Shown here: positions 26,565-35,265 of the stretch, in pieces
Layout: the number at the start of each line of letters is the position of its first letter
Position numbering within the stretch: position 1 is the first letter of the stretch
DNA from: Minisyncoccota bacterium
Lineage (GTDB): Bacteria; Patescibacteriota; Minisyncoccia; Phycocordibacterales; UBA2100
Length of the DNA stretch: 64,000 nt
Assembly: GCA_031291875.1 (NCBI GenBank)
Contig: JARLIE010000112.1
Span: 114 to 64,113, forward strand
Direction: 5' to 3'
Made by a program: the position numbers and the translations under genes
The notes under the pieces: generated by a model
Seen by the model: the letters and a program-made list of their open reading frames with translations, nothing else
What the model was told of the DNA's origin: nothing
The model's database searches: none

Positions 26565-26583
26565 ATCAACCGATATCCAAACT

Positions 26584-28329
26584 ATGGCTGAAATTGAACA
26601 CAAACGACACACTCTCGCGCACCTCCTAGCCGCTGCGGTGCTTGAGCGACACCCCAACGCACACCTCACGCTCGGTCCCGCCATCGACACCGGTTTCTAT
26701 TACGACATCGACTTCGGCGAAGAAAAAATTTCCGACAGCGATCTGCCGAAGATCGAGAAGGTAATGAGAAAGCTGCTTCCGAGCTGGAAAGAATTTACAC
26801 ACAAAGAAGTTTCAGCCGATGAAGCTCAAAAGCTCTTCGCGGGCAATCCATTCAAGCTCGAGCTGATCGATGAAATTACTGCAAGAGGAGAAAAAATTAC
26901 GCTCTATACGTGCGGTGCGTTTACGGATCTTTGTCGCGGCTCTCACGCCGAACACCCGAGCAAAGACATCGATGCGGATTCATTCAAGCTCGATCGTGTC
27001 GCGGGCGCCTATTGGCGCGGCGACGAAAAGAATAAGATGCTCACCCGCATCTACGGTCTCGCGTTCGATACCAAAGAAGAGCTCGACGCATATTTGAATC
27101 AGCGCGAAGAAGCCAAAAAGCGCGACCACCGCAAGATCGCCCGTGAGCAGGATCTTCTCGTCTTTTCAGATCTGATCGGCTCCGGCATGCCGATGTACAC
27201 ACCCAAAGGCAATATCGTCCGCAATGCGATCATCAACTATTCGCGCGAACTCAACGGGAAGCTCGGCTTCGGCGAGGTGCACACGCCCAACGTAAACAAA
27301 GCTGAACTTTTCAAACTTTCCGGACACTACGACGCGTACAAAGAAGACATGCTCTCGGTGCGCTCACAGTACGTCGCGGACGAAATGTTTCTAAAGCCGA
27401 TGAACTGTCCGCAGCACACGCAAATCTACGCGTCACAACCGCGCAGCTATCGCGATCTCCCGATCCGTTATGCCGACTTCGCCAATTTGTATCGCGATGA
27501 GCGCCCGGGAGAACTCTCCGGCCTCACCCGCCTGCGTTCCTTTGCACAAGATGACGGCCATATTTTTTGCCGCGAGGATCAGATCGAACAAGAAGTTTCT
27601 GCCGTCCTCGGCGCGATTCAAGAGGCCCTCAAAACCTACCAGATCAGCTACTGGATGCGCCTTTCGCTTCGCGATCCCAACAATACGGAGAAATATCTCG
27701 GCGACCCTGCCGTCTGGGAAAAGGCCCAAAACATCATGCGCGAACTTCTGAAGAGTAAAAATATCGAGTTCAAGGAAGCGGAGGGCGAAGCCGCGTTTTA
27801 TGGCCCCAAGATCGACATCATGGCAGTCGACGCGATCGGCAGACAATGGCAAATCTCGACGGTGCAGCTCGACTTCGTGCAACCAACCCGTTTCGGACTC
27901 GAGTACACAGCCGAAGACGGCTCAAAGAAAACTCCCGTCATGATTCATCGCGCGCTCATCGGCTCGCCGGATCGATTCCTGGGCATTCTTATCGAACACT
28001 ACGCCGGCGCTTTTCCGCTTTGGATGGCACCTGTGCAAGTACAGGTGTTGCCCATTTCCGAAAAACAATCGCACTATGCGGCTGAAATCGTCGAAGCGCT
28101 GCAGAAAAACGACATTCGCGCGGAACTTTCGGCCGACGACTCGCTCGGCAAGCGCATCCGCAACGGAAAACTGGAGCGAGTTCCCTATTTTATCGTCGTC
28201 GGCGATAAGGAAATGGAAGACAAAACGGTGACGGTTGAGAATAATCGAACTGCTGAAAAATCGACCGTTGCGCTCTCCGACTTTATTCAGTCGACACTCC
28301 AAAAAATTAAAGAGCGCGCAGTCGTATAA
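26584..28329 (+). CDS. thrS: Threonyl-tRNA synthetase (no N-terminal TGS domain; starts at MAEIEHKRH)
   Basis: Second additional domain (HLLAAAV...GPAI..GFYYD), class II core motifs and a C-terminal anticodon-binding domain. The track ORF 26278.. is extended upstream. Confidence 0.93.
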   Translation: MAEIEHKRHTLAHLLAAAVLERHPNAHLTLGPAIDTGFYYDIDFGEEKISDSDLPKIEKVMRKLLPSWKEFTHKEVSADEAQKLFAGNPFKLELIDEITARGEKITLYTCGAFTDLCRGSHAEHPSKDIDADSFKLDRVAGAYWRGDEKNKMLTRIYGLAFDTKEELDAYLNQREEAKKRDHRKIAREQDLLVFSDLIGSGMPMYTPKGNIVRNAIINYSRELNGKLGFGEVHTPNVNKAELFKLSGHYDAYKEDMLSVRSQYVADEMFLKPMNCPQHTQIYASQPRSYRDLPIRYADFANLYRDERPGELSGLTRLRSFAQDDGHIFCREDQIEQEVSAVLGAIQEALKTYQISYWMRLSLRDPNNTEKYLGDPAVWEKAQNIMRELLKSKNIEFKEAEGEAAFYGPKIDIMAVDAIGRQWQISTVQLDFVQPTRFGLEYTAEDGSKKTPVMIHRALIGSPDRFLGILIEHYAGAFPLWMAPVQVQVLPISEKQSHYAAEIVEALQKNDIRAELSADDSLGKRIRNGKLERVPYFIVVGDKEMEDKTVTVENNRTAEKSTVALSDFIQSTLQKIKERAVV

Positions 28330-28374
28330 TCACTCGATTCACGATAGATAAACAAAAACTCCCGCGGTATGCGG

Positions 28375-28415
28375 GAGTTTTTGTTTTCACTTTGGAGCCT
28401 GTCTGCCGTAGAGGC
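28375..28415. terminator. Bidirectional terminator (CTCCCGCggtatGCGGGAG flanked by an A-run and a T-run) between convergent thrS and the repeat-protein gene
   Basis: A 7-bp stem with AAAAA to the 5' side and TTTTTGTTTT to the 3' side. Confidence 0.65.
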
Positions 28416-28446
28416 AAGTGGCGCGATGGCGGCGGACTTTGGTGAA

Positions 28447-29943
28447 TTAGACTCGAGCGATAACGATGCGCGGCGCGCCGCCATCGGTTACAACCTTCAT
28501 CGAGTCGCTGGTCGGGCGGGTGTGCGCGAAACCCGGGAGCGAATCTATGGTCGCTGTCTGCACCGGAGCCGGTTTGGCTGCGACGGTGCTCGCGACGGAA
28601 GTCTCGATCTTGTGTTCGACGACCGGAGCCGCTGCAACCACATGCTTTTCGACAGTCGTCTTGCGAGCGACCAGGGCGAATTTGCGAGCAGGAATCATCG
28701 AGCCCGCGAAAGCCGCCATACCTCCCTTGTAATACACGAGCAGGTAGCCTGCCGAGAAGGCGAAGGCAACGAGCATCGTCCAGTACATCGCGTCACCTGT
28801 CGTTCCGAAGTCGAAACCGGTGTACGGGATCTGCGAGAGCGTTACGGACGGAGTCTGCGGGTAGTAAGAGCCGACGTTCACGTACGTGTTGCACGTAGCC
28901 GTCTGACCGTTGTACCCGTAGACCGTGAGCACGTAGTTCATCGAGCCGTACGGGCGCACACTGAGGCTTCCGTTCGGAGCGACGTTGCCGTAGCTCGAGA
29001 GCGTTGCCGAAGTCGCGCCGTAGCTCTGCCAGGTAAGGTAGGTGTACTGACCGCTTTGGATCGAGTTCGGCGAAGCCGTGATGGTGCAGGAAACGTTCTG
29101 GTAGTTGTAGTTGGTCGGGAACGTGTACTGAACCGGGTACGTGATCGGTGTTTGGGAGACCGGAACGACCGTCGTGACTGTGTTGCCGCTATTGCTGACG
29201 TTGGTAACCGTATTGCAGCTGTAGTTGGTGCAGGTGTTGTTGGTGACGATGTTTGGCTGAGGCTGAACGACCGGCGTAATGATCTGCTGTTGCTGACGCT
29301 GCTGCTGGTACGCGATCGGAATGTTTTGGACGATCGGCGCCGACGGGATGTAGGTCGATCCACCGCCGTACGAGTAACCGCCGGTTGAATAGCCGCCGCT
29401 CGAGAAGCCGTAGCTTGCAGGCGCGGAGATTACTGCTGGGGTCGAATAGCTGGAGGTGGTGTAGCCGGATTCAGTCGCGGTCGTCGGAAATTCCGAGTAC
29501 GTTACGCCGCTTTCGGTGACGCAGCTGGAGCAGTCCGTCGTTGGAAACTCGCTGTATGTCGTGTTCGGAAATTCGCTGTAGGAGCTCGGGAACTCGCTGT
29601 AAGTGGAACAGTCGGTAGAACAACCCGACGGGAAATCACTGTAGGTGCTTCCGCTGTCGTAGCCCATATTGTTCGAACTTCCGCTGTCGTACCCCATGTT
29701 GTACGAGCTGCCGGTTGAGTCATAGCCCACATTGTTCGAGCTGCCGCTTGAGTCGTAGCCCATGTTGTATGAGCCGCTGCCGGAGTCGTAGCCCATATCG
29801 TACGAACCGCCGCTTGAGTCGTAGCCCATGTCTTGTGCATGCGCGAACACGACCGGAATGGCGATCGCGAAGAAACCAATCGCGAGCGTGAACAGTTTCG
29901 AATTTTTGGTCAAGATACTCATAAGTTTTGTAGTGTTTTCCAC
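28447..29943 (-). CDS. Secreted/surface-anchored repetitive protein (498 aa): signal peptide, MGYDSxGSSxN tandem repeats, YSEFP repeats, S/T/Y/Q-rich region, beta-rich domain, C-terminal TM segment
   Basis: Signal peptide MSILTKNSKLFTLAIGFFAIAIPVVFAHAQ (start may be ATG 29922). Seven tandem ~11-aa repeats (DNA period ~33 bp at ~29630-29840) and five xYSEFP repeats. A late hydrophobic helix WTMLVAFAFSAGYLLVYY is preceded by IPYTG. Confidence 0.6.
   Translation of the reverse strand: MENTTKLMSILTKNSKLFTLAIGFFAIAIPVVFAHAQDMGYDSSGGSYDMGYDSGSGSYNMGYDSSGSSNNVGYDSTGSSYNMGYDSGSSNNMGYDSGSTYSDFPSGCSTDCSTYSEFPSSYSEFPNTTYSEFPTTDCSSCVTESGVTYSEFPTTATESGYTTSSYSTPAVISAPASYGFSSGGYSTGGYSYGGGSTYIPSAPIVQNIPIAYQQQRQQQQIITPVVQPQPNIVTNNTCTNYSCNTVTNVSNSGNTVTTVVPVSQTPITYPVQYTFPTNYNYQNVSCTITASPNSIQSGQYTYLTWQSYGATSATLSSYGNVAPNGSLSVRPYGSMNYVLTVYGYNGQTATCNTYVNVGSYYPQTPSVTLSQIPYTGFDFGTTGDAMYWTMLVAFAFSAGYLLVYYKGGMAAFAGSMIPARKFALVARKTTVEKHVVAAAPVVEHKIETSVASTVAAKPAPVQTATIDSLPGFAHTRPTSDSMKVVTDGGAPRIVIARV
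29630..29840 (-). repeat. Coding tandem repeat (~33-bp period, 7 copies) encoding MGYDS[SG]GSS[YN]N
   Basis: Seen directly in the DNA: gtagcccat[ag]ttgt[at]cga[ga]c[ct][gt]ccg... units. The copies are diverged at the DNA level. Confidence 0.7.
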
Positions 29944-29974
29944 TTACTAAAGGTCCCGATAAAATTACTAATGA

Positions 29975-30015
29975 CCCGTCTATTATATATGAAGTAAAGC
30001 CCCCTGTCAAGTGTC
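29975..30015 (-). terminator. Hairpin terminator GCCCCCTGTCaagtgtcctcGACAGGGGGC downstream of the 30043 gene
   Basis: A 10-bp perfect stem followed by TTTACTTCAT on the minus strand. Confidence 0.5.
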
Positions 30016-30042
30016 CTCGACAGGGGGCCTATTTGGTCGCTT

Positions 30043-30576
30043 TCAACGGAGTTTGCGTTCGGCGTTGAGTCGCTCGCAGTCGTTCAGCCGCGCCTTCTTG
30101 TCGAAGAATGCGGGGTCGAGCTTCTGAAGATCGACGTGATCCGGCAGTCCATCGGCCCAGTCCCCTTTGTAGACGACTGCGTCGGCAACGTTTCCGTTCG
30201 CGTCGTTGACGCAGCGGCCGTTGCTCGCACTGTCGTTCTTCAGGGTCGGCGGCAGATTGATCACCGCACCGTCGGCGCCGTACGTGATGACGACACCGAC
30301 ACCATTGGGTGTCTCATGCACATCCACGCCGGGATTGCAGGCCTTGATCGCCTGGTCATCGCCGAGATGGAGCGTGATCATGAAGACATTCTTCTCCGGC
30401 GTGACGTCCGGGCGCGTGAACTTCACCGGCTGACAGCCGACTTGATTCACGGCCGGAGCGGCTTGCTGAGCCGGCGGCATCACGACATCCGGCGTTGCGG
30501 GCGCCGACTGGCCATAGGCAGCGGCACCGAACACGGAAGCGAAGATGGTAGCGACGAAAAGAGCGGATTTGGACAT
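30043..30576 (-). CDS. Secreted hypothetical protein (177 aa) with a signal peptide
   Basis: SD GAAGGAGA. Signal peptide MSKSALFVATIFASVFGAAAYGQ. Its own promoter-like TTGACA is upstream. No known domain. Confidence 0.5.
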   Translation of the reverse strand: MSKSALFVATIFASVFGAAAYGQSAPATPDVVMPPAQQAAPAVNQVGCQPVKFTRPDVTPEKNVFMITLHLGDDQAIKACNPGVDVHETPNGVGVVITYGADGAVINLPPTLKNDSASNGRCVNDANGNVADAVVYKGDWADGLPDHVDLQKLDPAFFDKKARLNDCERLNAERKLR

Positions 30577-30629
30577 TGCTGTCTCCTTCGGTTGAATCTG
30601 AAGGAATGGTATCACATATATTTATATTG

Positions 30630-30670
30630 TCAAGTGCATGAAAAAAGCGGGCAAAGAATGCCCGCTTTTA
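30630..30670. terminator. Bidirectional terminator AAAAAA-GCGGGCAaagaaTGCCCGC-TTTTAGCTTTT
   Basis: A 7-bp stem flanked by A and T runs; ends the 30687..31238 gene. Confidence 0.65.
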
Positions 30671-30686
30671 GCTTTTGCGCGAAAGA

Positions 30687-31238
30687 TCAGCGATACCCGG
30701 CACATGCGCTGCGACCGGGAAATTCCTTGGACGGCACCAAGCTGCCTCCTCGGGCCGTGCATTCCTCAGGATTGCGCGGAGCTCCGGGAACGTACCCTGG
30801 CCCTGCTACAGCGACGTGAACGCCGCCACCGTAGTACCCGGTGCTTGCCGAAGGACAAGGTTGCACGTTGGGAATGTTTTGTCCTGTCGGACAACACACC
30901 GGCAGCGATGGCCTCACGACGATGGGCGGCGCGGGGATCCGATGGATCACCGGCTGCTCGACGACGTAAATGTCCTTGCGGACCGTCACTGTTTCCGGCG
31001 GCGGAGGCGTCACCTCCACCGGCTTTTGCGGTGCGCAGCACGGCACCTTAACCCGGTGCCTGAAATGCCGATACACCGGTACGCGGACAAGTCTCTCCTC
31101 GTACCCGACGACCCGTTTGGAGGTCACCGTACGTTCACAGCATTCCGAGGTATATCCCGCTTCGCCGGCGCGAGCCGACGAGACGAAAGACGTGAGGCCC
31201 GCACACAGGAGGGCCGCGCACAAAATCACGATTCTCAT
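30687..31238 (-). CDS. Secreted Cys-containing protein (183 aa) with a conserved ~42-aa C-terminal domain shared with 31416..31853
   Basis: SD AAGGAG. Signal peptide MRIVILCAALLCAGLTSFVSSARA. C-terminal VAVAGPGYVPGAPRNPEECTARGGSLVPSKEFPGRSACAGYR; the paralog ends VAVATPGYVPGAPRNPSECVARGGAVVPSRMYPGRSACAGFQ. Confidence 0.55.
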   Translation of the reverse strand: MRIVILCAALLCAGLTSFVSSARAGEAGYTSECCERTVTSKRVVGYEERLVRVPVYRHFRHRVKVPCCAPQKPVEVTPPPPETVTVRKDIYVVEQPVIHRIPAPPIVVRPSLPVCCPTGQNIPNVQPCPSASTGYYGGGVHVAVAGPGYVPGAPRNPEECTARGGSLVPSKEFPGRSACAGYR

Positions 31239-31415
31239 CGTATGCTCCTTTGGTCGCCCGATCGCGGGCTACTGTAAAGATCGATGTCCTCCCCTTTTGG
31301 TTTGGACGGCTTGCCTTCTTCCGAAGACTGTTCCGGGAACGGAGTGTTCCATGCCCGAAATGATGTTCGTAAGAGTTTTCGGAAGCGGCGGAGTATTCCA
31401 CCGCTTCCGAAATAA

Positions 31416-31853
31416 TCATTGGAATCCCGCACACGCACTGCGGCCGGGATACATTCTTGAAGGAACTACCGCCCCACCGCGAGCAACGCATTCGCTGGGA
31501 TTTCGCGGAGCGCCAGGCACATATCCAGGAGTAGCGACTGCCACCCTCGGACCGCCCCCGTTGAAGCTCGGACCGCCGCTGTTTGCGACAGCTCCGCCCC
31601 CCGCGTCACTGCCGAGGCGTTGTGCAGCTCGGCATCCGACCCCAGTTGTGTCGCATAGAAGCGCCACGGTAGTCGGAAGGATGTAATTGGTAAGCGCCAT
31701 GAGAATACCGATTGCGACGCCGACCCAGATGAGTGCATTTCTTGCTCCTGCAGGCATTACAGGGTTCTCCTTTTTTCCATGATCGTCGCCTTTCTTTTTG
31801 TCGTCGGGTTTCTTTTGATCGTGACCGTGTCCATGATCGTCGCTCATTTTCAC
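31416..31853 (-). CDS. Single-pass membrane protein (145 aa): His-rich cytoplasmic N-terminus (DDHGHGHD), one TM helix, and an extracellular Cys C-terminal domain paralogous to 30687..31238
   Basis: Upstream promoter-like TTGACT-16-TACAAT and a terminator before it. The conserved C-terminal domain is described above. Confidence 0.55.
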   Translation of the reverse strand: MKMSDDHGHGHDQKKPDDKKKGDDHGKKENPVMPAGARNALIWVGVAIGILMALTNYILPTTVALLCDTTGVGCRAAQRLGSDAGGGAVANSGGPSFNGGGPRVAVATPGYVPGAPRNPSECVARGGAVVPSRMYPGRSACAGFQ

Positions 31854-31869
31854 TCCGTGGAGGCAAAAT

Positions 31870-31915
31870 TAGACTGTCGGTATTGTATCAATAAAATACA
31901 AAAAGTCAAGGCGGG
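31870..31915 (-). terminator. Terminator AGGCGGGaccggaaacggcCCCGCCT plus TGACTTTTTGTATTTTATTG
   Basis: A 7-bp stem and T-rich tract on the minus strand, between the two His-rich membrane protein genes. Confidence 0.5.
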
Positions 31916-31941
31916 GCCGTTTCCGGTCCCGCCTGGATTGT

Positions 31942-32373
31942 TCAATGGTGATCATGCGCTTCGTGCCCACCTCCCCCTGCATCGATCTTGCCGCGTATAT
32001 GCAGCAAGGCCATGAGGAGCGTGATGTCGATGATCGACGTCACCAGGTTGGCAACGATGATGATCCACGCATCCCGCACCGGCGGCCATTTGACCAAGAT
32101 GAAGATGCCGAGAAACACCACCGTGACCGCAAGTGGAATCCACGAAGTGATCACGTCGATGTCGAACTCGGGATCGGTCATCCTCGGCGCGAGGGCAACC
32201 GGCGGGATCTGCGTGATGATGTACATCATCACGAGGAAGATCCACCAACTGTCCGCGATGTGCTCGAAAGCCCACAGCGGAAGGTAACCGAGCAGAAGTC
32301 CGCCGAGGGTTGCCGCCGTCATGGCCGCGAATGCGCCGGAGGCGCAGGCCGAAAACAAAGCCAAAATACCCAT
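31942..32373 (-). CDS. Small 4-TM membrane protein (143 aa) ending in a His-rich tail GGGGHEAHDHH (track ORF extended to 32646)
   Basis: SD AAGGA 9 nt before the ATG at 32373. Four predicted TM helices. Confidence 0.45.
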   Translation of the reverse strand: MGILALFSACASGAFAAMTAATLGGLLLGYLPLWAFEHIADSWWIFLVMMYIITQIPPVALAPRMTDPEFDIDVITSWIPLAVTVVFLGIFILVKWPPVRDAWIIIVANLVTSIIDITLLMALLHIRGKIDAGGGGHEAHDHH

Positions 32374-32666
32374 ATAGTTGATCCTTGTTGTTGTGTCCGT
32401 CGCAGCAGGTATGACCCGAGTAGGCACCGTGATCTCCGGCGCCGCGATCGGCCAAGGCGGTCGAAATACGAGCGCCGTCGAGCTATCGTCCGGCATGAGT
32501 GCCCTCCATTGATTTCGAAGAACAGTGCTCTCGCGTAGTGCGAAAAGCTTCATAGAAATTATATCATCGTATGTAGTATTGTCAAATTTGACCCGTGGCG
32601 ATACCCCACGTATTGTCCAAGCAGCTTGCGAATATTTCGCAAACAAGATCTTTACAGGAGAGTGAA

Positions 32667-32897
32667 ATGGCCGATGCTCCCGCCACTCCCAATGTCGACC
32701 TGGATGCCGGGAAGCTCCTTGAAACGTTGCAAAAGCGGCTTCCGGAGGTTCTCGTGCTTCACCAAAAGGTCCGGATCATTTTCGAGTACGTGACACCGCA
32801 CCCGGTGACTGGCGAAGATGTCCCTATCACGCCTCAGGTCGTCGAGCAAAGGCCCGGCGGCCAAACGCAAACGACGGCCGAGGAAAAACCCGGCTAA
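32667..32897 (+). CDS. Small hypothetical protein (76 aa)
   Basis: SD AGGAGAG 6 nt before the ATG. A bidirectional terminator (AGGCGTCGCaaaGCGACGCCT flanked by A and T runs) lies at ~32915-32948. Confidence 0.4.
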   Translation: MADAPATPNVDLDAGKLLETLQKRLPEVLVLHQKVRIIFEYVTPHPVTGEDVPITPQVVEQRPGGQTQTTAEEKPG

Positions 32898-32961
32898 TAA
32901 ATCGGGACTCAAAACAAAAGGCGTCGCAAAGCGACGCCTTTTTCATTTGGTTTGAGAACAG

Positions 32962-33408
32962 TTACTGCGGACTGATGTTGATCGGAGCCGCGCCGATCGT
33001 GCGCGTGTTGATGACCATTTCGATCAGCAGTCCGATCAAGAACGATCCGACAAGCATGAGCGTAAACGCCGTGATCGCTTCCGCTCGGATGCCGAAGATC
33101 AGCAGCCGGACCCTGTCGTACCACACGAAGCCGATCTGTACGATAAGACATACGGCGACGCCGTTATCGGCAAGCACCGCAAGCCAGCGATCCCGGCGAA
33201 CGACGGTGAGCGCCGATGTCAGCATCTCGAGCAACACATAGATGGTACAGATGTAGGCCATGACGTACCCGTCCGGAGCGCTGCGAGTCAGCCAGAACGT
33301 GTAGTAAATCCAGATGCCGAGCACTACTCCCTGCAGGCAACTGATCGCATTGGCGCCTAGATGCACCGCATGGTGGTGAACAATGAACGAGGCTAGACGG
33401 CCGAACAT
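32962..33408 (-). CDS. Small 4-TM membrane protein (148 aa) with an N-terminal HHHAVH cluster (track ORF extended to 33489)
   Basis: SD GGGAG 9 nt before the ATG at 33408. Four TM helices. Weak topological resemblance to the 31942..32373 protein. Confidence 0.4.
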   Translation of the reverse strand: MFGRLASFIVHHHAVHLGANAISCLQGVVLGIWIYYTFWLTRSAPDGYVMAYICTIYVLLEMLTSALTVVRRDRWLAVLADNGVAVCLIVQIGFVWYDRVRLLIFGIRAEAITAFTLMLVGSFLIGLLIEMVINTRTIGAAPINISPQ

Positions 33409-33529
33409 GGAGAATCTCCCGTTGGATTGAACTGCGCAAAACCTGTACTGAAACGGCTTTGAAGTCAAGCAAAAAAGAAGAAGGCGCACCAGGGTGCGCC
33501 TTCAAAAGTTTGAACAAAGAACAGAATGA

Positions 33530-33949
33530 TCAGTTTCCGCGCGCGCCGTTACGGGGGCACGGACCGGAGTCGCAGTAGAAGATCCCGGTCGAGAGATCGC
33601 GGTGGCCAGTCCAGGGCGTCCTCTGCGGCGCGAATTGCTGGTGGCCGAACATGCCGATGATGCGGTATGCCATGCCGATTCCCGCTGGGACGGGAGTTCC
33701 ACCGCCCACGATCACGCCTTGCTGCTGATTCGGATAGTAGATCTGACCGTTGGGCAGGATCCCGTAGCCGCCCGGCGAAACGGGGCTGATCGTATGACCC
33801 GGATTGCTCCGATGCCACGTCTGCATCCAGCCGTCGTAGTCGGATCCGCACAGACCGCCGACATGAATGTTGCACGGCGGACCAGCGAATGCGGCCGACG
33901 AGAACATGAGAGCGACAGTCGTGATCAATGAGAAAACGATCTTACGCAT
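33530..33949 (-). CDS. Small secreted Gly/Pro-rich, Cys-containing protein (139 aa)
   Basis: Signal peptide MRKIVFSLITTVALMFSSAAFA. C-terminal CDSGPCPRNGARGN is vaguely reminiscent of the PRN..ARGG domain of the 30687/31416 paralogs. Confidence 0.45.
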   Translation of the reverse strand: MRKIVFSLITTVALMFSSAAFAGPPCNIHVGGLCGSDYDGWMQTWHRSNPGHTISPVSPGGYGILPNGQIYYPNQQQGVIVGGGTPVPAGIGMAYRIIGMFGHQQFAPQRTPWTGHRDLSTGIFYCDSGPCPRNGARGN

Positions 33950-34029
33950 TGAGTAGTCCTCCTTTGGAGTCCCGGAATGGAACCTTTATCTGTTTTAATT
34001 ATACACTTTAAAAGTGTATAAGTCAAGTG

Positions 34030-34584
34030 CTAGTACTTCCCTATTTTAAGCGGTGTACCGATCGCCACCGGTGTTCCAATCGAGACCGGAGCGCCGATGG
34101 AGACGGCGCTACCAATCGTGGCTGGCTGCGCGATTTGCACGGCATGAGCTATCTGAACCGGATGCGCGATTTGTGTTGGGGTTGCGATGGTTACGGCGTG
34201 CGCGATCGAGACTGCCGATGCGATAGTAACGGGATGCGCGATTGTGACGGGCGATGCGATTTGTACTGGCGAGGCTATCTGCACAGGTGAAGCAATGGTG
34301 ACAGCGTGAGCGATTTGCACAGCACTGCCGATGGGTACTGCTGACGCGATCTGTACCGCGGAGGCGATAGGCACCGCGCTTCCTATGGCTGCCGCACTTG
34401 CGATAGAGGTTGCGCCGGCGATCGGAACAGCGCTTGCGATTGAGGCGGAGCTAGCAAAAGAAACAGCGCTTGCAATCGGCGCAGCGGAAGCGATCGAGCA
34501 GCCGCAGTCCTGCGCGTACGTTGCGACAGCGCTAAACGGAAGCGCGAGCAACAGCCCCGCAGTTATTTTGGCTCGTATGGTCAT
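34030..34584 (-). CDS. Secreted protein composed of 26 contiguous hexapeptide repeats [I-A/G-x-A/P-V/T-x] (left-handed beta-helix-like), 184 aa
   Basis: Signal peptide MTIRAKITAGLLLALPFSAVATYAQD is followed by IASAAP IASAVS ... IGTPLK. The repeats fit the LbH consensus [LIV]-[GAED]-x2-[STAV]-x. DNA period is 18 bp (~34038-34506). The gene starts 5 nt downstream of the sortase stop. Confidence 0.6.
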   Translation of the reverse strand: MTIRAKITAGLLLALPFSAVATYAQDCGCSIASAAPIASAVSFASSASIASAVPIAGATSIASAAAIGSAVPIASAVQIASAVPIGSAVQIAHAVTIASPVQIASPVQIASPVTIAHPVTIASAVSIAHAVTIATPTQIAHPVQIAHAVQIAQPATIGSAVSIGAPVSIGTPVAIGTPLKIGKY

Positions 34585-34588
34585 ATGA

Positions 34589-35254
34589 TTATTGAGAAAC
34601 TACGCCGACGTAATGCGCGGTGAGAACGAAACGCGCACTGGTACCGGTGAGCGTATCGCAGGTTACGAGCGTGAGTTTTTGGCCCTGCGAAGGGTCGAGG
34701 CTGATGGTCGTGCCGTCGCCTGCATCCGCCTTCACAACGGAATCGACGCTGTAGAGGTACGCTTTGCCGTCGGCGCCATCGAGCTCAATCGAATCGCCGG
34801 GATTGAGGTTCGGGATCTGATTGAACGCTTGGAACATTTTATTGGTCACGATCGGCAGGTGCGAAGAGTGCGCGAAAATCAGCACATTGCCTTTGACGCC
34901 AAGCTGCGCTGAGCTGACGTAGCGGGCCGGTCCCTTATTGAGTAGCGCGTCGAGCGCGTCGACATCGGTAGTCGCAGGATTTTGCACCGGCAAGTCGATC
35001 CCGACCGAAGGAATTTTGATTTCGGTAGGTAAAACACCTTGTGTTGCTGTAGCAGCCGGGGCGTTATCTTCGACACCCAGCTGCGGCAACGAAGAGATGG
35101 CCACCTGATCGCACGTGCCATCGATTTGGCACGGAACGAAGCCGACGGAGTCGGCAGCACTAAGTGAAAGCGCAAAAACAACGACAGTTGTCGCGAGAAA
35201 GACCCCGAACGGAGGACTTTTTTTTGCTGGCTTTGCTGAATTGGCGGCGCTCAT
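34589..35254 (-). CDS. Sortase-family transpeptidase
   Basis: N-terminal TM anchor, IPSVGIDLPV (beta6/7), NVLIFAHSSH (catalytic His region), LTLVTCDT (TLxTC catalytic Cys) and RFVLTA (Arg). Confidence 0.85.
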   Translation of the reverse strand: MSAANSAKPAKKSPPFGVFLATTVVVFALSLSAADSVGFVPCQIDGTCDQVAISSLPQLGVEDNAPAATATQGVLPTEIKIPSVGIDLPVQNPATTDVDALDALLNKGPARYVSSAQLGVKGNVLIFAHSSHLPIVTNKMFQAFNQIPNLNPGDSIELDGADGKAYLYSVDSVVKADAGDGTTISLDPSQGQKLTLVTCDTLTGTSARFVLTAHYVGVVSQ

Positions 35255-35265
35255 AGGTAGCGAGA

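Noticed and set aside
26471-26583. T-box riboswitch leader upstream of thrS
   Set aside because: Only ~110 nt separate the preceding gene's terminator from the thrS ATG. They contain a promoter ~20 nt from the start, and there is no room or specifier/T-box sequence for a T-box.
28447-28701. IPYTG in the 28447..29943 protein as a bona fide sortase sorting signal
   Set aside because: The spacing and ~80-aa continuation after the hydrophobic segment do not fit the LPxTG-TM-short basic tail rule. It is kept only as a loose possibility in the findings.
29630-29840. CRISPR array considered for the tandem repeats at 29630-29840 and 34038-34506
   Set aside because: The periods are 33 bp and 18 bp with no unique spacers. 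The repeats are in-frame, conserved at the protein level and diverged at the DNA level, so they are coding repeats. No cas genes are present.
30136-31686. Plus-strand ORFs 30136..30819 and 30970..31686 that share a repeated peptide (...PPRA.HS.G.RGAPGTYPG.ATAT)
   Set aside because: They are the antisense reading of the conserved C-terminal domain of the two minus-strand paralogs. The minus-strand genes have signal peptides, SDs, promoters and terminators.
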